DNA from: an uncultured virus (IMG/VR IMGVR_UViG_3300042569_003179)
Lineage: Duplodnaviria; Heunggongvirae; Uroviricota; Caudoviricetes
Direction: 5' to 3' (one strand)
Length of the DNA stretch: 64,000 nucleotides
IMG/VR virus record: IMGVR_UViG_3300042569_003179
Shown: positions 10,334-20,264 of the stretch, in pieces
Layout: the number at the start of each line of letters is the position of its first letter
Position numbering within the stretch: the first letter of the stretch is position 1
Made by a program: the position numbers and the translations under genes
Notes under the pieces: generated by a model
What the model saw: only the letters and a program-made list of their open reading frames with translations
Told to the model about the DNA's origin: nothing
Databases searched by the model: none

Positions 10334-10461
10334 TTTTTTGGGTAGAGTAGAGTAATTTTCAGACTGATTCAGTGGGGCTATAGCCTTTGACGTAGGTTGA
10401 CATTGACATTTTGTTGGGGAGTTGTTGGGTGTAGTGAGCAGAGTTTGAAGGTTTCAGGAAT

Positions 10462-10767
10462 TCAGCGGGGGACGTGTTCCCTCTTATCAAGTTCTGCCTT
10501 GAGGTTGTCTCTTAAGAATATGAGGTCCCTAACCTGTGAAGCTCGGTACAGGGGGTTAGGCCGGTAAATTCCTAGTTCATTCAATACTTGCTTGGGTATT
10601 ATCGCAGTTTCAGGATAACCCTCCAGGCCCTTTTTGTGGACTTCATAGGCATTCCAATCCCAATCATGAAGCACGCTGAGCTGGCCACTAACCATTCGAA
10701 ATACCTTAAGCAGCCTGGGTGTAGGTAGCTTCAAGAGGTAGTCTAGATTGTTGTTGTTTGGGTTCAT
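10462..10767 (-). CDS. hypothetical protein
   Basis: L..LPT.RLL...K.EL..REHV pattern common in phages. Confidence 0.65.
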   Translation of the reverse strand: MNPNNNNLDYLLKLPTPRLLKVFRMVSGQLSVLHDWDWNAYEVHKKGLEGYPETAIIPKQVLNELGIYRPNPLYRASQVRDLIFLRDNLKAELDKREHVPR

Positions 10768-10848
10768 AGTTTCGTTGGGCTCACAGGGTAAGGAATCCAG
10801 GGATTAATCCAGGGGTCATCAACCCAGAGAAATCAATTCGGGGCCATC

Positions 10849-11958
10849 CTACCGGATCCCAAGCAGTTTGTCAAGTTGTTGGGGCCGTAGGTCTGCTAGC
10901 CACTGCCGGAAGGTAGGGTACCTGCCGGAGCGTATTGCGAAACAGGCTGCCGATACTGAGGGGGCATCTTTGAGAATTGCAATGGCGAATTCCTTTTGCG
11001 TTAAGGCTCCATACTTAAGAAGCAGAGTCTCACATAAAGATTGCATCGCGGGGATAGCAGAGTCTAGATGAATCGAAAACTTGTCTCTATATTCTGGAAA
11101 GTGCAATAGAAACTCATCTAAATCGTCACTAAGAAACAATTCCGAAAAGTCTGGGTCGCCATTGTTCCATGCCCGGTGTAGTTGGCAGTATAATCTAGAC
11201 TTAATCTTAACCCTTCCAACCCCATCAAACAATACATAACCTTCATGATTTGAATCTCGCTTTTCAACTTTGGTAAGTACAGAGTCAAGGTCACTGAATT
11301 CGTAAGATGGGGCCACCACATAGCCATACCACCCAAACTCTTCCAGATCACACTCTTCGAAGTCCTGATCTCGGTCTCGTACTGCTAGTAAGGGAAGTTT
11401 GGGCGCATCGTAGTTAATAACATCTTTATTATCTAGGTGACATAACTCAAAGATGTAGCAAATTGACGGGTCTAGGCATTCCTTTAAGTACCCTACTTTT
11501 TCGAATACATCCCAGAATAATTCATCAAAGGTTTTTTTAGTTTTTCCTACTAGGCCATCCCCTGCTACTGAACCAGAAGTTGAAACGAGCCATTGCCCCC
11601 TATACTCAAACAATTTAATTAAGGAGCCGGAAAATTTCTCATAAACCTTGGTGCGAGACCAATCTAACTGATGGCAATGGCCCTCACCAATGTTAAAGAA
11701 TCTATCGAACGCATATGCAACCAGGCGGTAATACGGCGAGTGATCCCCATCGTTATCAACACGCTCGACCACAGCACCACGGCAGGCACAAACCAGCGGA
11801 TTTGATTTGGATGCTAAAATCGTCCCATATTTCAAATTAAAAAGGTTCGGATACCTCTCATCGCGAGTAACACGAATGTCATACTCGGCCAGCTCGTCCA
11901 GGGCATTGTAACCCCGCTCGTTAAGCCAGTCAATCAAGTAGTGGCGCAAGTTTTCCAT
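10849..11958 (-). CDS. T4 Rnl1 (RnlA)-like RNA ligase with atypical motif I (KFSG)
   Basis: CRG, FDRFFNIGE, EKFSGSLIK, YIFEL, EGYV and RVKIKS..Y motifs. Confidence 0.85.
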   Translation of the reverse strand: MENLRHYLIDWLNERGYNALDELAEYDIRVTRDERYPNLFNLKYGTILASKSNPLVCACRGAVVERVDNDGDHSPYYRLVAYAFDRFFNIGEGHCHQLDWSRTKVYEKFSGSLIKLFEYRGQWLVSTSGSVAGDGLVGKTKKTFDELFWDVFEKVGYLKECLDPSICYIFELCHLDNKDVINYDAPKLPLLAVRDRDQDFEECDLEEFGWYGYVVAPSYEFSDLDSVLTKVEKRDSNHEGYVLFDGVGRVKIKSRLYCQLHRAWNNGDPDFSELFLSDDLDEFLLHFPEYRDKFSIHLDSAIPAMQSLCETLLLKYGALTQKEFAIAILKDAPSVSAACFAIRSGRYPTFRQWLADLRPQQLDKLLGIR

Positions 11959-12145
11959 GGTTGTAGTATAGGTGGTTTTTTAGTTTGGTGATGCGGCTTA
12001 CCGAATGATGGTCAGTCGTTGGGGACCAGTTTGCCGTACTCGTCATGTTGACACCTCCATAAGTCAACCGCCCACTCAACACTCAATCGGGTAGAAAACT
12101 TATTAAAGGCTTCGATGGCTTTAGAAGTGGTGGAAAGAGGGTAGG

Positions 12146-12790
12146 TCATGGGCTCGGTACAGTTCGCCTTACAGGGTAAGAACGCCAATTGGTTGCGAGA
12201 GTGGCCTTCTTTTCACCATTAACCATCAAATCCAGAGTCGTAGTGCCCTCATCGTCCCATGGACCGTCATACTCACGGCCGATAGCTAAAGTGGCTCGAT
12301 GCTTATAGAGCACTTGCCCTAGGTCTTTTTTGAATTCGTCCAAGTTGAATCTTTCACTAGGTTTGTACACATCGGCCTTAACTTTACCTTCCTTAATAAG
12401 TTGATCCCAGTCGAGGCAATTATAGTTCACCTTTCGGGAAGAAAAGCACTTCCCCTGGAATCCAGACTCTTTGTACTTTTCCCTCCAAGTTGATTCCAAG
12501 TTAGTGAGACGACGCTTACTACGGATTCTCCTTAGAGTGTAACAATAAGAAGAGGGGTCAGCAGAATTTGCCGCGTTCGGGTGCATCCAAATGTCTGTGA
12601 CCACGTACAGACCGGGCTCTACAGGTTGCTGCCGAAAGTGAAGGTAAGGGACTTGGGTCTCATACTTCCAACCATCCTTTGTTTTTACGCCTACAGCCGG
12701 TACTTGGACGCTGTCTCCTAGTTTCAATAGGATAGCTTGTGTTACAGCTTCAGGAAGCGGTTCCATGGTTTTCGGGGAAGCGTCGTTCAT
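12146..12790 (-). CDS. hypothetical protein
   Basis: 214-aa ORF. Confidence 0.65.
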   Translation of the reverse strand: MNDASPKTMEPLPEAVTQAILLKLGDSVQVPAVGVKTKDGWKYETQVPYLHFRQQPVEPGLYVVTDIWMHPNAANSADPSSYCYTLRRIRSKRRLTNLESTWREKYKESGFQGKCFSSRKVNYNCLDWDQLIKEGKVKADVYKPSERFNLDEFKKDLGQVLYKHRATLAIGREYDGPWDDEGTTTLDLMVNGEKKATLATNWRSYPVRRTVPSP

Positions 12791-12810
12791 AAACTAAGGG
12801 TACCGTCTCT

Positions 12811-13110
12811 TCAAGGGTCAGTCAGACCCAATGCCTCTTTCTCTTCTTTTGAGAGTTTCTTGAGGGCGGCCTGCCGGACTTTTTCCTTGTCGGATTCCAG
12901 CTCAACTATGTCGTAATCGATTACGTTAACCGGTTTGATGTACCAGTCTCCGTACTGATTCAAAGACCATTTGCCCCTTTGCCCCATGACTCCAGGTTGC
13001 TCGTCGATGTACCTCTCAGCATGTTGCCTGTGAAGGAAAGCGAGATCTGGAACCATTGGCCCCCTACCCTCGGTTTGATCAGCGTTGCGATAAGTTTGCC
13101 AGATTTGCAT
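12811..13110 (-). CDS. hypothetical protein with C-terminal ALKKLSKEEKEALGL motif
   Basis: N.D.TEGRG motif and shared C-terminal helix. Confidence 0.7.
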   Translation of the reverse strand: MQIWQTYRNADQTEGRGPMVPDLAFLHRQHAERYIDEQPGVMGQRGKWSLNQYGDWYIKPVNVIDYDIVELESDKEKVRQAALKKLSKEEKEALGLTDP

Positions 13111-13140
13111 TGGTTTGTGCGTTGTGGTGTTTACGAAATG

Positions 13141-13206
13141 ATTATACCGCTTTTGCCTCTCACAAACAAGGGTCTAAACCGAAGGTTTAGGTTCGGTTAA
13201 CCGCCC
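13141..13206 (-). promoter_or_regulatory. sigma70-like promoter with double box
   Basis: GGGCGGTTAACCG...CGGTTTAGACCC-TTGTTT-N17-TATAAT. Confidence 0.8.
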
Positions 13207-13861
13207 TCACCGCAAATAGCTTCTTGAACTTCTGTGGGAAACATGGCGATTCTTTGTTGGTTAATTTCATCAAAGTCATATCCAGCAACTTTCGTGTCCC
13301 CATAGTGGAGCAACCAAAGGAAAGGTTGTTTGATCCATTTTTTTTCATAAAAATCCCCGCACCCCTGTAGTTGTCAAGACGGTGTTTAAAACCCTCCCGC
13401 GCATCAAAGTTTCCACACCAGACGTATTTACCGTTCGGCCCTTCAACTGCAGTACCACTAAAGCCACCCCCATATGAATTGTCACTAGCTGGCAAATAGT
13501 TAAAGAATGCTTTGGCACCATTTAAAGATCCCCTAAAAGAATCATAAACCACCAAAATACCATCCTTCCAGTCAATAAACCATTCGTCTTCACTATTTGG
13601 AATGAATCCACTGGCAACCGATTTGAACCCCATACTATCCATTAAAACAACAAATTCAGCAAACTCCATCCCGTAGTAAGAGTCTTTGTTGGTCTTCAGT
13701 AGTTCTTTTTTCTTTTGATTGTTGTCAACTGCCAAAAGAAGTCCAATACTGGAAGTTGCTTCATCATGTTTGTAGCTGCGGCCTGTCATGATTTCAGCTT
13801 CTTGCAAGGGGTCAAATCCTGGAAGCTCGTCCAGGTTGTCGTTGGGGAACTGTTGGGTCAT
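13197..13861 (-). pseudogene. phage protein apparently frameshifted at an A8 run (13338-13345)
   Basis: the -1 frame after ATG-A8 gives WIKQPFLWLLHYGDTKVAGYDFDEINQQRIAMFPTEVQEAICGEGG*, more protein-like than the annotated tail. Confidence 0.6.
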
Positions 13862-13910
13862 TGACTTTTGGGGTACTGGTTTGTAAAAAAAGGGGGGGTC
13901 AAATCCAAGG

Positions 13911-14462
13911 TCATCCTACACTGACTGTCTCCTGGAGTCTATGGCGGTTAACCGCCCCCCAGATAGCTGCATTCCTAGCTGAGGATAACGCAACAGGGTT
14001 ACGCGAACTATTTCCACTACCATTAAACCACTTGCAACACTCAAGGTGAAAGTCCGGCTGATCCAGTGGAGAAGCTCCAATGTAGCCCCCAGATGAACGC
14101 CACTCAGGTTGGTTTCCGCAAAAGGGGCAATTCGTATTTTTCACACCTACGATTTCAAGTATCTTCCCGTTGAGGTGGGAAATGCCAACCGGAATTTCGG
14201 CCCATTCTATCAAACCTTCTGGTAAGAGCAGGCTGTATCCGTCCCAGTAGTCGAATTCAGGAGAAATTACGTCTCTGTAACCAGCCCATCGAGCCCGTTG
14301 TTCCGCTGTGAAGATTAATGTAAAGGATTTACTTTTGTGAAGCATTCTCCAAATGTATCGGCCTTCGGGCGGTTTGCTTTTGGAGTAATCATGAAAGACC
14401 AACCCCTCAAGACCAGGTAGGTCAGACTTAGATTCAGGCATGGGGTGAGAGGTGTCGTTCAT
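13911..14462 (-). CDS. hypothetical protein with Lar-like zinc ribbon
   Basis: CPFCG...LECC motif. Confidence 0.6.
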   Translation of the reverse strand: MNDTSHPMPESKSDLPGLEGLVFHDYSKSKPPEGRYIWRMLHKSKSFTLIFTAEQRARWAGYRDVISPEFDYWDGYSLLLPEGLIEWAEIPVGISHLNGKILEIVGVKNTNCPFCGNQPEWRSSGGYIGASPLDQPDFHLECCKWFNGSGNSSRNPVALSSARNAAIWGAVNRHRLQETVSVG

Positions 14463-14468
14463 ACCTAT

Positions 14469-14534
14469 ACTATACTGCCTTAGCCCCGCAAAAACAAGGG
14501 TCTAAACCGTCGATTTAGGTTCGGTTAACCGCCC
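14469..14534 (-). promoter_or_regulatory. sigma70-like promoter with double box (near copy of 13141-13206)
   Basis: GGGCGGTTAACCGAACCTAAA..CGGTTTAGACCC-TTGTTT-N17-TATAGT. Confidence 0.8.
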
Positions 14535-14817
14535 ACTATCCACATAGAGCGACCATCGCCCTGCCCAAATGATTCTCCCTCGGGGGTTAAAACCATTTGA
14601 AGGGTTAGAGTTAATCCACCTGAAGTTTCCGATTCCCCCAGAGTCTGAACTAATGAAGCCAAATCTGCAATCAATATGTGGTGGTAAGTTTGGCTCCCTA
14701 TGGTCGTAGTTGCTAGGTATGTCCATCACCTCGAATGATGACTTTACTCGTTGAAGCCAACGAAGGAAATTTGTAAGGGGGCTCATTTTTTTAATTGCGC
14801 AGAGTAAGCTTCGTCAT

Positions 14818-15123
14818 TCAGCTAAAATAGAAACCATTGCTTTTAAACTTTACTTTGCCACCTTTCAAGGTCACAACCCACTCTTTCTTTTTATATGACA
14901 GGTATTCACCATCGAATTTAAAAGACTTGATGGCAGTCAGGATGATGGTGTGGCTAGGGTCCCGGAGAAAGAGGCTCTTGGCATAAGAACGGGCTCGTTT
15001 CGAAGTGTCGAAAGTTTTGCTTTCATCGAGTTGTTCACCGAGTTGTTCACAAAGTTGCAAATCATCTACACTCCACCGCCCGCGTGATAGTATGTCCTTG
15101 TGTTTAATTTTCATGGTCTTCAT
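14818..15123 (-). CDS. hypothetical protein
   Basis: co-oriented ORF. Confidence 0.55.
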   Translation of the reverse strand: MKTMKIKHKDILSRGRWSVDDLQLCEQLGEQLDESKTFDTSKRARSYAKSLFLRDPSHTIILTAIKSFKFDGEYLSYKKKEWVVTLKGGKVKFKSNGFYFS

Positions 15124-15316
15124 TCTCGTACTCTTGTAGAACTAAGGGGATCCCTGAGGCAATTACCGTTACAGCTAGTATTATAGGTGGCCAGCCCTGT
15201 AGCAATGCTGCGAATGTTGACACTGCTGCCAAAAGTAGAAAGTAGGTAGTTTCGGCTACCCGAAAAGTTACCCTCACTGAACCTTTGGCCCCCGCTGTTT
15301 CCGCCCATATGGCGAG

Positions 15317-15914
15317 TCATGGTTGTAACCTCCGAGTGTCCCCCGAGTGTCCTTCGTGGGGTTTTTCTTTTTCTTTCAGCCCCATCAGCTCGTCCTTTAA
15401 GTACACTAAATCAAGCTCAGCAATGCGTAGTTCCTTTTGTTTGTCATTAAGATGCTCCCATTGCGAGGAATGACATTCTTCAAGGCATAAGCTAGGACGA
15501 TACGAGCCGTTAAGCGTGCCCCAAGGGCCGCCCCCCATTGCAATACCCATCTTGCTACTGAAAAAATAGGACCCTTCGTGGAAGGCTCTTGAAATTACAG
15601 CAGCACGCACCAAATAATGCCACTGATGAAACCAAGGCAACTCACGATTTAGATTGGACTCTAGTTCTAGAAGATCATCAAAAAGCAACTGAAGACCTTC
15701 CCCCCCTGCTGATGGTTTGACCCCATACAATGTTTTTGCCGGTGTGGCGATAGCCTATGGACAATAGTTCTTTCGAATAATACCAGCGACCCCTACCCAA
15801 CTCATCGCGCAATGGATAATATGCGCTTGGCCGAAAGGTGTTAAACCTAGTAATGATGTTTACCGCTGGGCCTAGTCGTTTTGACACGCCTTTTCCCAGG
15901 ATTGGGTAGCTCAT
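15317..15914 (-). pseudogene. probable single gene split by one extra A near 15733
   Basis: MSYPILGK...RHTGK joins TLYGVKPS...; total length is 3n+1. Confidence 0.4.
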
Positions 15915-16266
15915 AGCTGCACCCTCCGAAACCCGATAACCCACACCCAAGGGTTCGCTTCCCATGACCCTTCACCATTTATGTATCGGTGGGAGTGCTT
16001 AGGGTAGCTATCATTTTCTGAGACCCATTGAAGGTAGTCATTTCTTTCTGTACGGTGGTCAACGTGCATCATCATTTTTGTTGTTTGTACTCGCAGCATC
16101 CAGCAAGGACTCTACCCGAATCAACCGATTAGAAATGCTAAGCAGAATGTCCGTCAACCCCTCAATCTCCTCATGAATGTCCTGGTGGTGGAATCGTAAT
16201 GGCTTTTGAATTAGCTTATTGAATTTAGATTTTTTCATCTTGGCGTAGTAATAAGGATTGTGACAA

Positions 16267-16860
16267 TCATGCGTAGATATACTCACGCCATTCCGCAACT
16301 TCAGCCATGCTGATAGTCACTGTGATTTTATTGAATGGGGCTTTAGGGTTCCCTGCCAAGGTGGTCCCACGGCTATTTACCCTCGACTCCATCATTCCCA
16401 CCTGAAAACTATCCCAAGTGAATGGCAATGGCGCAACATTCGTAGTTTCCTTAGCAAATACCTTCTTCAAGGCCATAGCCCATTCTTCTGGGGTACGATT
16501 ATCCTTGCAATTGTTGCATTCCAGGCAGCTAGTAACTAGGTTTTGCCAAGTGTCTTGGCCACCTCTGGACTTTGGAATTACGTGGTCGATTGTAAGATTA
16601 GGACCTGAATACCCGCAATATTGGCAAACATGCCTATCTCGCTTCAGGATCAAGGAACGGGAGGGTTTCCCGGCAAAGAGTTTAGATTGGGGGACTTTGA
16701 CATAGTGCTTTAGGCGGATAGTACGCTTGGACACAACGTGTGCTTTATTTTTCAACACCAAAATAGTCGCCCTCTTCCAACTCAACATCGTCAAAGGTTG
16801 ATATGTAGCATTGAGTAATAAAATAGTCGAACCAACTTTGACAGGGATTTCTTTAGGCAT
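16267..16860 (-). CDS. HNH endonuclease (McrA/HNH_5-like)
   Basis: LLLNATYQPL, RD.HVCQYCG, TIDHVIPKSRGG and NLVTSC..CN..K..RTP motifs. Confidence 0.92.
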   Translation of the reverse strand: MPKEIPVKVGSTILLLNATYQPLTMLSWKRATILVLKNKAHVVSKRTIRLKHYVKVPQSKLFAGKPSRSLILKRDRHVCQYCGYSGPNLTIDHVIPKSRGGQDTWQNLVTSCLECNNCKDNRTPEEWAMALKKVFAKETTNVAPLPFTWDSFQVGMMESRVNSRGTTLAGNPKAPFNKITVTISMAEVAEWREYIYA

Positions 16861-16927
16861 TCTTCGAGGTCTTTTTCAAATAGTGAGCATGTGGTTCTAT
16901 TGCGCCATTAGTCCCATGTTCTTAAGG

Positions 16928-17182
16928 CTATACAACAGGGTCCTTAACTTCCCCAATGTCAAGGTCTACCAATCGTGTAAAATCATTGGCTTCCATTTGG
17001 GTAAATGGATTGAACCGAATTTCCCTACGGTTACCAACCTCATCAATGCTAAAATGCCTGTAGTATTCAACAGAGTCCTCATACTCAACATCAAACTGAT
17101 ACCCAAACATTGAGCCATTGCGCCCAGTAATTACGAATTTGCAATTTGCGTAACGAAAGTTGGATACGTCTGGGATTTCCAT
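16928..17182 (-). CDS. hypothetical protein
   Basis: AC-rich leader, co-oriented. Confidence 0.55.
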   Translation of the reverse strand: MEIPDVSNFRYANCKFVITGRNGSMFGYQFDVEYEDSVEYYRHFSIDEVGNRREIRFNPFTQMEANDFTRLVDLDIGEVKDPVV

Positions 17183-17597
17183 TTGGTTGGTTGTTGGTTG
17201 TTGGTTATTGGTAGTCGGTTGTTGGCAGGTGTCTAAATAGCAATGAGTCAGAAACCGGTAGCAATCTATTGGCGGCCACTCCCGAGGTTTCTAAGGTTCT
17301 TCAAAGCCATGGCGGCCAATGGCAAGACTATAATTCCCACAAGCAGGAAATTGACTACGGGGTCTGGCAAGTTGACGGGGTCGTTGATTGTTGTGGGTTG
17401 GATTGTTGTGGGTTGGATTGATGCAGTTCGTTGGGTGGCCATGATGGGTTGCTTGGGGGTTGTTTGGTGATTGCTGGAGGGGGAAAGTTGTCCAGTTATG
17501 GACCCACTCTAGCCTGATGCCTTGTCAATGTCAACCCCCCCCCCCCCCGAATCGCGCCAGAATTTGCGCCAAAATGGCGGGGTAGGTCCCCATCTAA

Positions 17598-19091
17598 TCA
17601 AGAGAGCAACCGACTCCTGATATTAGCCAGACTGTTTACATCTTCGCCATATACGCGACCGTCCAGGAAAACCGTTTTTAATTCCCCTAGTCCTTCCTGC
17701 TCATGGGTTTGCTGCTCATGGAGGACAAAGTCATCTCCTTCTTTTTCAACGCGGAGTAAACCCTTGGCCGATTTTTTCGTTCCAGAGTCAGTGATTGGAT
17801 CCTTAAAAATTTCTACACCTTGACCATCAACTTGACCCCAAGTGGATTTGAAAGCCATGCCAAAAGTATCGCGAGTGTGATATTGATAGGAATAAGATCC
17901 TACACCAAGAACAACGTTGCTGCTGGCCCACTTGTTACGGTTCATATTTTCCAAGATAGAAAAAGCCCGTTGCAAGGTAATGGAATCACCGTAAATCAGA
18001 CCAACCCTCGGATTAATTTCCCTGAAGCCACTTTCATTCACGGTGCCGCCAAACTCATCCCAAAGCAATTGCAGAGATCCCTTATGGGCAGGGCTGCCAG
18101 GTTCGGCATCAGGATTACCGCAAAGGATATGTTCGGGGTTACCGCTATCACCCCTGAGTACAACCTTAGCAAGTCCCATAGCGTCCGGTTGACGGCTTAA
18201 GATAACATCCTTAAGTTGAACAGCAATTTTAGTCAAGACATTCCAGTAATCCCAAGTGTCACTAACAATACTGACGATACCACTGGGGTACCTGTCTTGA
18301 ATAAGGCGCCGGTAAGTTTCCAACTCATTATCTTTACCGCCAATGCACATTACACTGTGCTCAGTAGCAGGGACACCGCCCGCGATAAACTCAGAGCCAA
18401 CATCATAGTAGTCTTCTAGGAAGTCGATCGAGGGGATATTGTCCGAACCTGTAAACGAGAAAAGATGACCAATACCATGGGCAGCCCCATCATGAATTCC
18501 ACCAACACCCCTCAACGAAAAGTCGTGCGCCTGGAAATTAACAAAGCTGGGGTCAGCTCCCGTCAATGCAGCATAACGATCTAGCAAACGACGAAACTCG
18601 TAAGCAACGGTAGCGATATTGACTGTTTTCCAAATTTCCGACGAAAGGGCAGTTTCCACGTAGTTAGTCAACCAGTAGAATTCGTGAATAGTATTCTGGA
18701 TCGTCAAAAATGGTACTCTCAAATTGACTCGGCTTCCCTCAGGCAAAGCTTTAACCCTAAGGGGCATATAGCCGAGGTCATGTAAATCAGCCAGGTGATC
18801 TACTCCAACCGCCCCTGGGCCGAGGGCCGAATCCATACGCCTACGGTACTTTTCAAGTACTTGATCCTTTGGTTTATTGAAAAAGGAGTCATTCCACAAG
18901 TCTTGAAGATACCATTTAAGAGTGCCTTGAATCCCTGCCACTACGATTTTATGATCGAAATCCGGTAGCATCTTAGCCAGACGGTCAGATCTAGCGGTTT
19001 GATTGGTGTATACGATTTCGGTTTTGTCAGGGTATTGGTAGATATGCCCAGTCTTGTAAAAGTCGGTTGCGTGGGGGGCAAAAAGTTTCAT
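17598..19091 (-). CDS. nadV: nicotinamide phosphoribosyltransferase-like protein (NAMPT/Namat-like)
   Basis: TDFYKTGH..QYP, HDFSLRG, VPATEHSVM, SIVSDTWD, R.DSG, GLIYGDSIT and KDPITDSGTKKSAKG motifs. Confidence 0.93.
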   Translation of the reverse strand: MKLFAPHATDFYKTGHIYQYPDKTEIVYTNQTARSDRLAKMLPDFDHKIVVAGIQGTLKWYLQDLWNDSFFNKPKDQVLEKYRRRMDSALGPGAVGVDHLADLHDLGYMPLRVKALPEGSRVNLRVPFLTIQNTIHEFYWLTNYVETALSSEIWKTVNIATVAYEFRRLLDRYAALTGADPSFVNFQAHDFSLRGVGGIHDGAAHGIGHLFSFTGSDNIPSIDFLEDYYDVGSEFIAGGVPATEHSVMCIGGKDNELETYRRLIQDRYPSGIVSIVSDTWDYWNVLTKIAVQLKDVILSRQPDAMGLAKVVLRGDSGNPEHILCGNPDAEPGSPAHKGSLQLLWDEFGGTVNESGFREINPRVGLIYGDSITLQRAFSILENMNRNKWASSNVVLGVGSYSYQYHTRDTFGMAFKSTWGQVDGQGVEIFKDPITDSGTKKSAKGLLRVEKEGDDFVLHEQQTHEQEGLGELKTVFLDGRVYGEDVNSLANIRSRLLS

Positions 19092-19156
19092 TGTTTGTTA
19101 GGGGTTTGGTTGCGTTTGGTTGCGTTTGGCGGTAGTTGCGTCCGGGTTAATAAGGC

Positions 19157-20077
19157 CTAGTTCACCCTGAGACAAGTCAAGTTGGCGGGTAGTTCCCGAT
19201 AAAAGTCTCGATTCGGCAACATGTTCGCCACATAGAAGTGATCGATAAGGCCATCAAAAACCTCAAAACCCTTCGAGAAGATTCCATGGGTGATATACAA
19301 GTCGATGCGGGATGGCTCGTATTTTTTCAGAACCTTGGCAAGTTCAATAAAGGTCCGACCACCATCGCAAATATCGTCAACAATAAGAAGGTTCTTCCCT
19401 TTGTAATCGCCGTCTTGGATCTCCGTTCGCAGGATTTCCCCATTTTCAGGGTTACGGACCTTAGTGGCATACTTGACTTCAGTAGACCCTCTAAATCTAG
19501 CAGCTACTTCCGCCCGTGGCACTGCGCCTTTATCAGGGGCAATGATTACGGTGGTGGGGTCCCACTCCATGCCTGAAGGTATCAATTCAAACTTACTCAA
19601 AAGGGAATCAACCTGATCGTTAACAAAGTTGGTGAATTCCCCAAAGATGCCCTCAGCTATAGGGCTATGAACATCCCACGTTGCCAAGAGGTCGCACTCG
19701 CCCAAATACGGCCTGAGGGAATTAGCAAACACCGACAGGGAGAAAGCTTCGCCTTCAGCACAAACTCTATCCTGGCGGCTATAGGGGAGATAGGGGATAA
19801 AAAGTTCCAACTTCCAAGGCTTGGGGAGCCCATCCCTCACTCTTTTAATCGCATCCAAAATAAGCAAAAGTTTCACCCATTCTTCGCCTTTGCCGTCGAT
19901 GTCAGCAGTGACGAAGATTTCGGAGTATTCAGACAGACTATCAAGGTTAACTCCGTCTAAGATTCTAACTTGATGCTCTCCAGCCGAGAAAGTGAAGGTT
20001 GAGTAATTGATCTCTGTAGGAGGTTTCCCCTCGATTAGATCCCTCGTTAGATTGGTTGCAGTTATGTTGATTGTCAT
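19157..20077 (-). CDS. prs: ribose-phosphate pyrophosphokinase-like protein (Prs/Adps-like)
   Basis: FSAGE, PYLPYSRQDR, DVHS, APDKGA, IVDDICDGGRTF and THGIFSKG motifs. Confidence 0.92.
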   Translation of the reverse strand: MTINITATNLTRDLIEGKPPTEINYSTFTFSAGEHQVRILDGVNLDSLSEYSEIFVTADIDGKGEEWVKLLLILDAIKRVRDGLPKPWKLELFIPYLPYSRQDRVCAEGEAFSLSVFANSLRPYLGECDLLATWDVHSPIAEGIFGEFTNFVNDQVDSLLSKFELIPSGMEWDPTTVIIAPDKGAVPRAEVAARFRGSTEVKYATKVRNPENGEILRTEIQDGDYKGKNLLIVDDICDGGRTFIELAKVLKKYEPSRIDLYITHGIFSKGFEVFDGLIDHFYVANMLPNRDFYRELPANLTCLRVN

Positions 20078-20128
20078 TTTGTTAGTGGTTTTAGTTGGTT
20101 TAGTTGCAATGATGTCTCAACTGGAGCA

Positions 20129-20192
20129 ACTATAGCGTTTTTGCCCTACAGAAACAAGGGGGAAAGCCGAAGGCTTAGGTTCGGTTCCCCCC
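20129..20192 (-). promoter_or_regulatory. box promoter driving the prs-like/nadV-like pair
   Basis: degenerate double box then TTGTTT-N17-TATAGT. Confidence 0.7.
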
Positions 20193-20228
20193 CATACCTC
20201 TAGTTCCTATTGGTTTGAATGATATATG

Positions 20229-20256
20229 AAAAGAAAGAGGGGGTGAGGCACCCCCC
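20229..20256 (-). terminator. intrinsic terminator after the porin gene
   Basis: GGGGGTG-CCT-CACCCCC hairpin followed by TCTTTCTTTT. Confidence 0.75.
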
Positions 20257-20264
20257 GGCCGCAA

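Noticed and set aside
13141..14534. GTTAAC boxes as integron attC sites
   Set aside because: No R''/R' bottom-strand hairpin architecture and no integrase; fixed spacing to -35/-10 fits a promoter element
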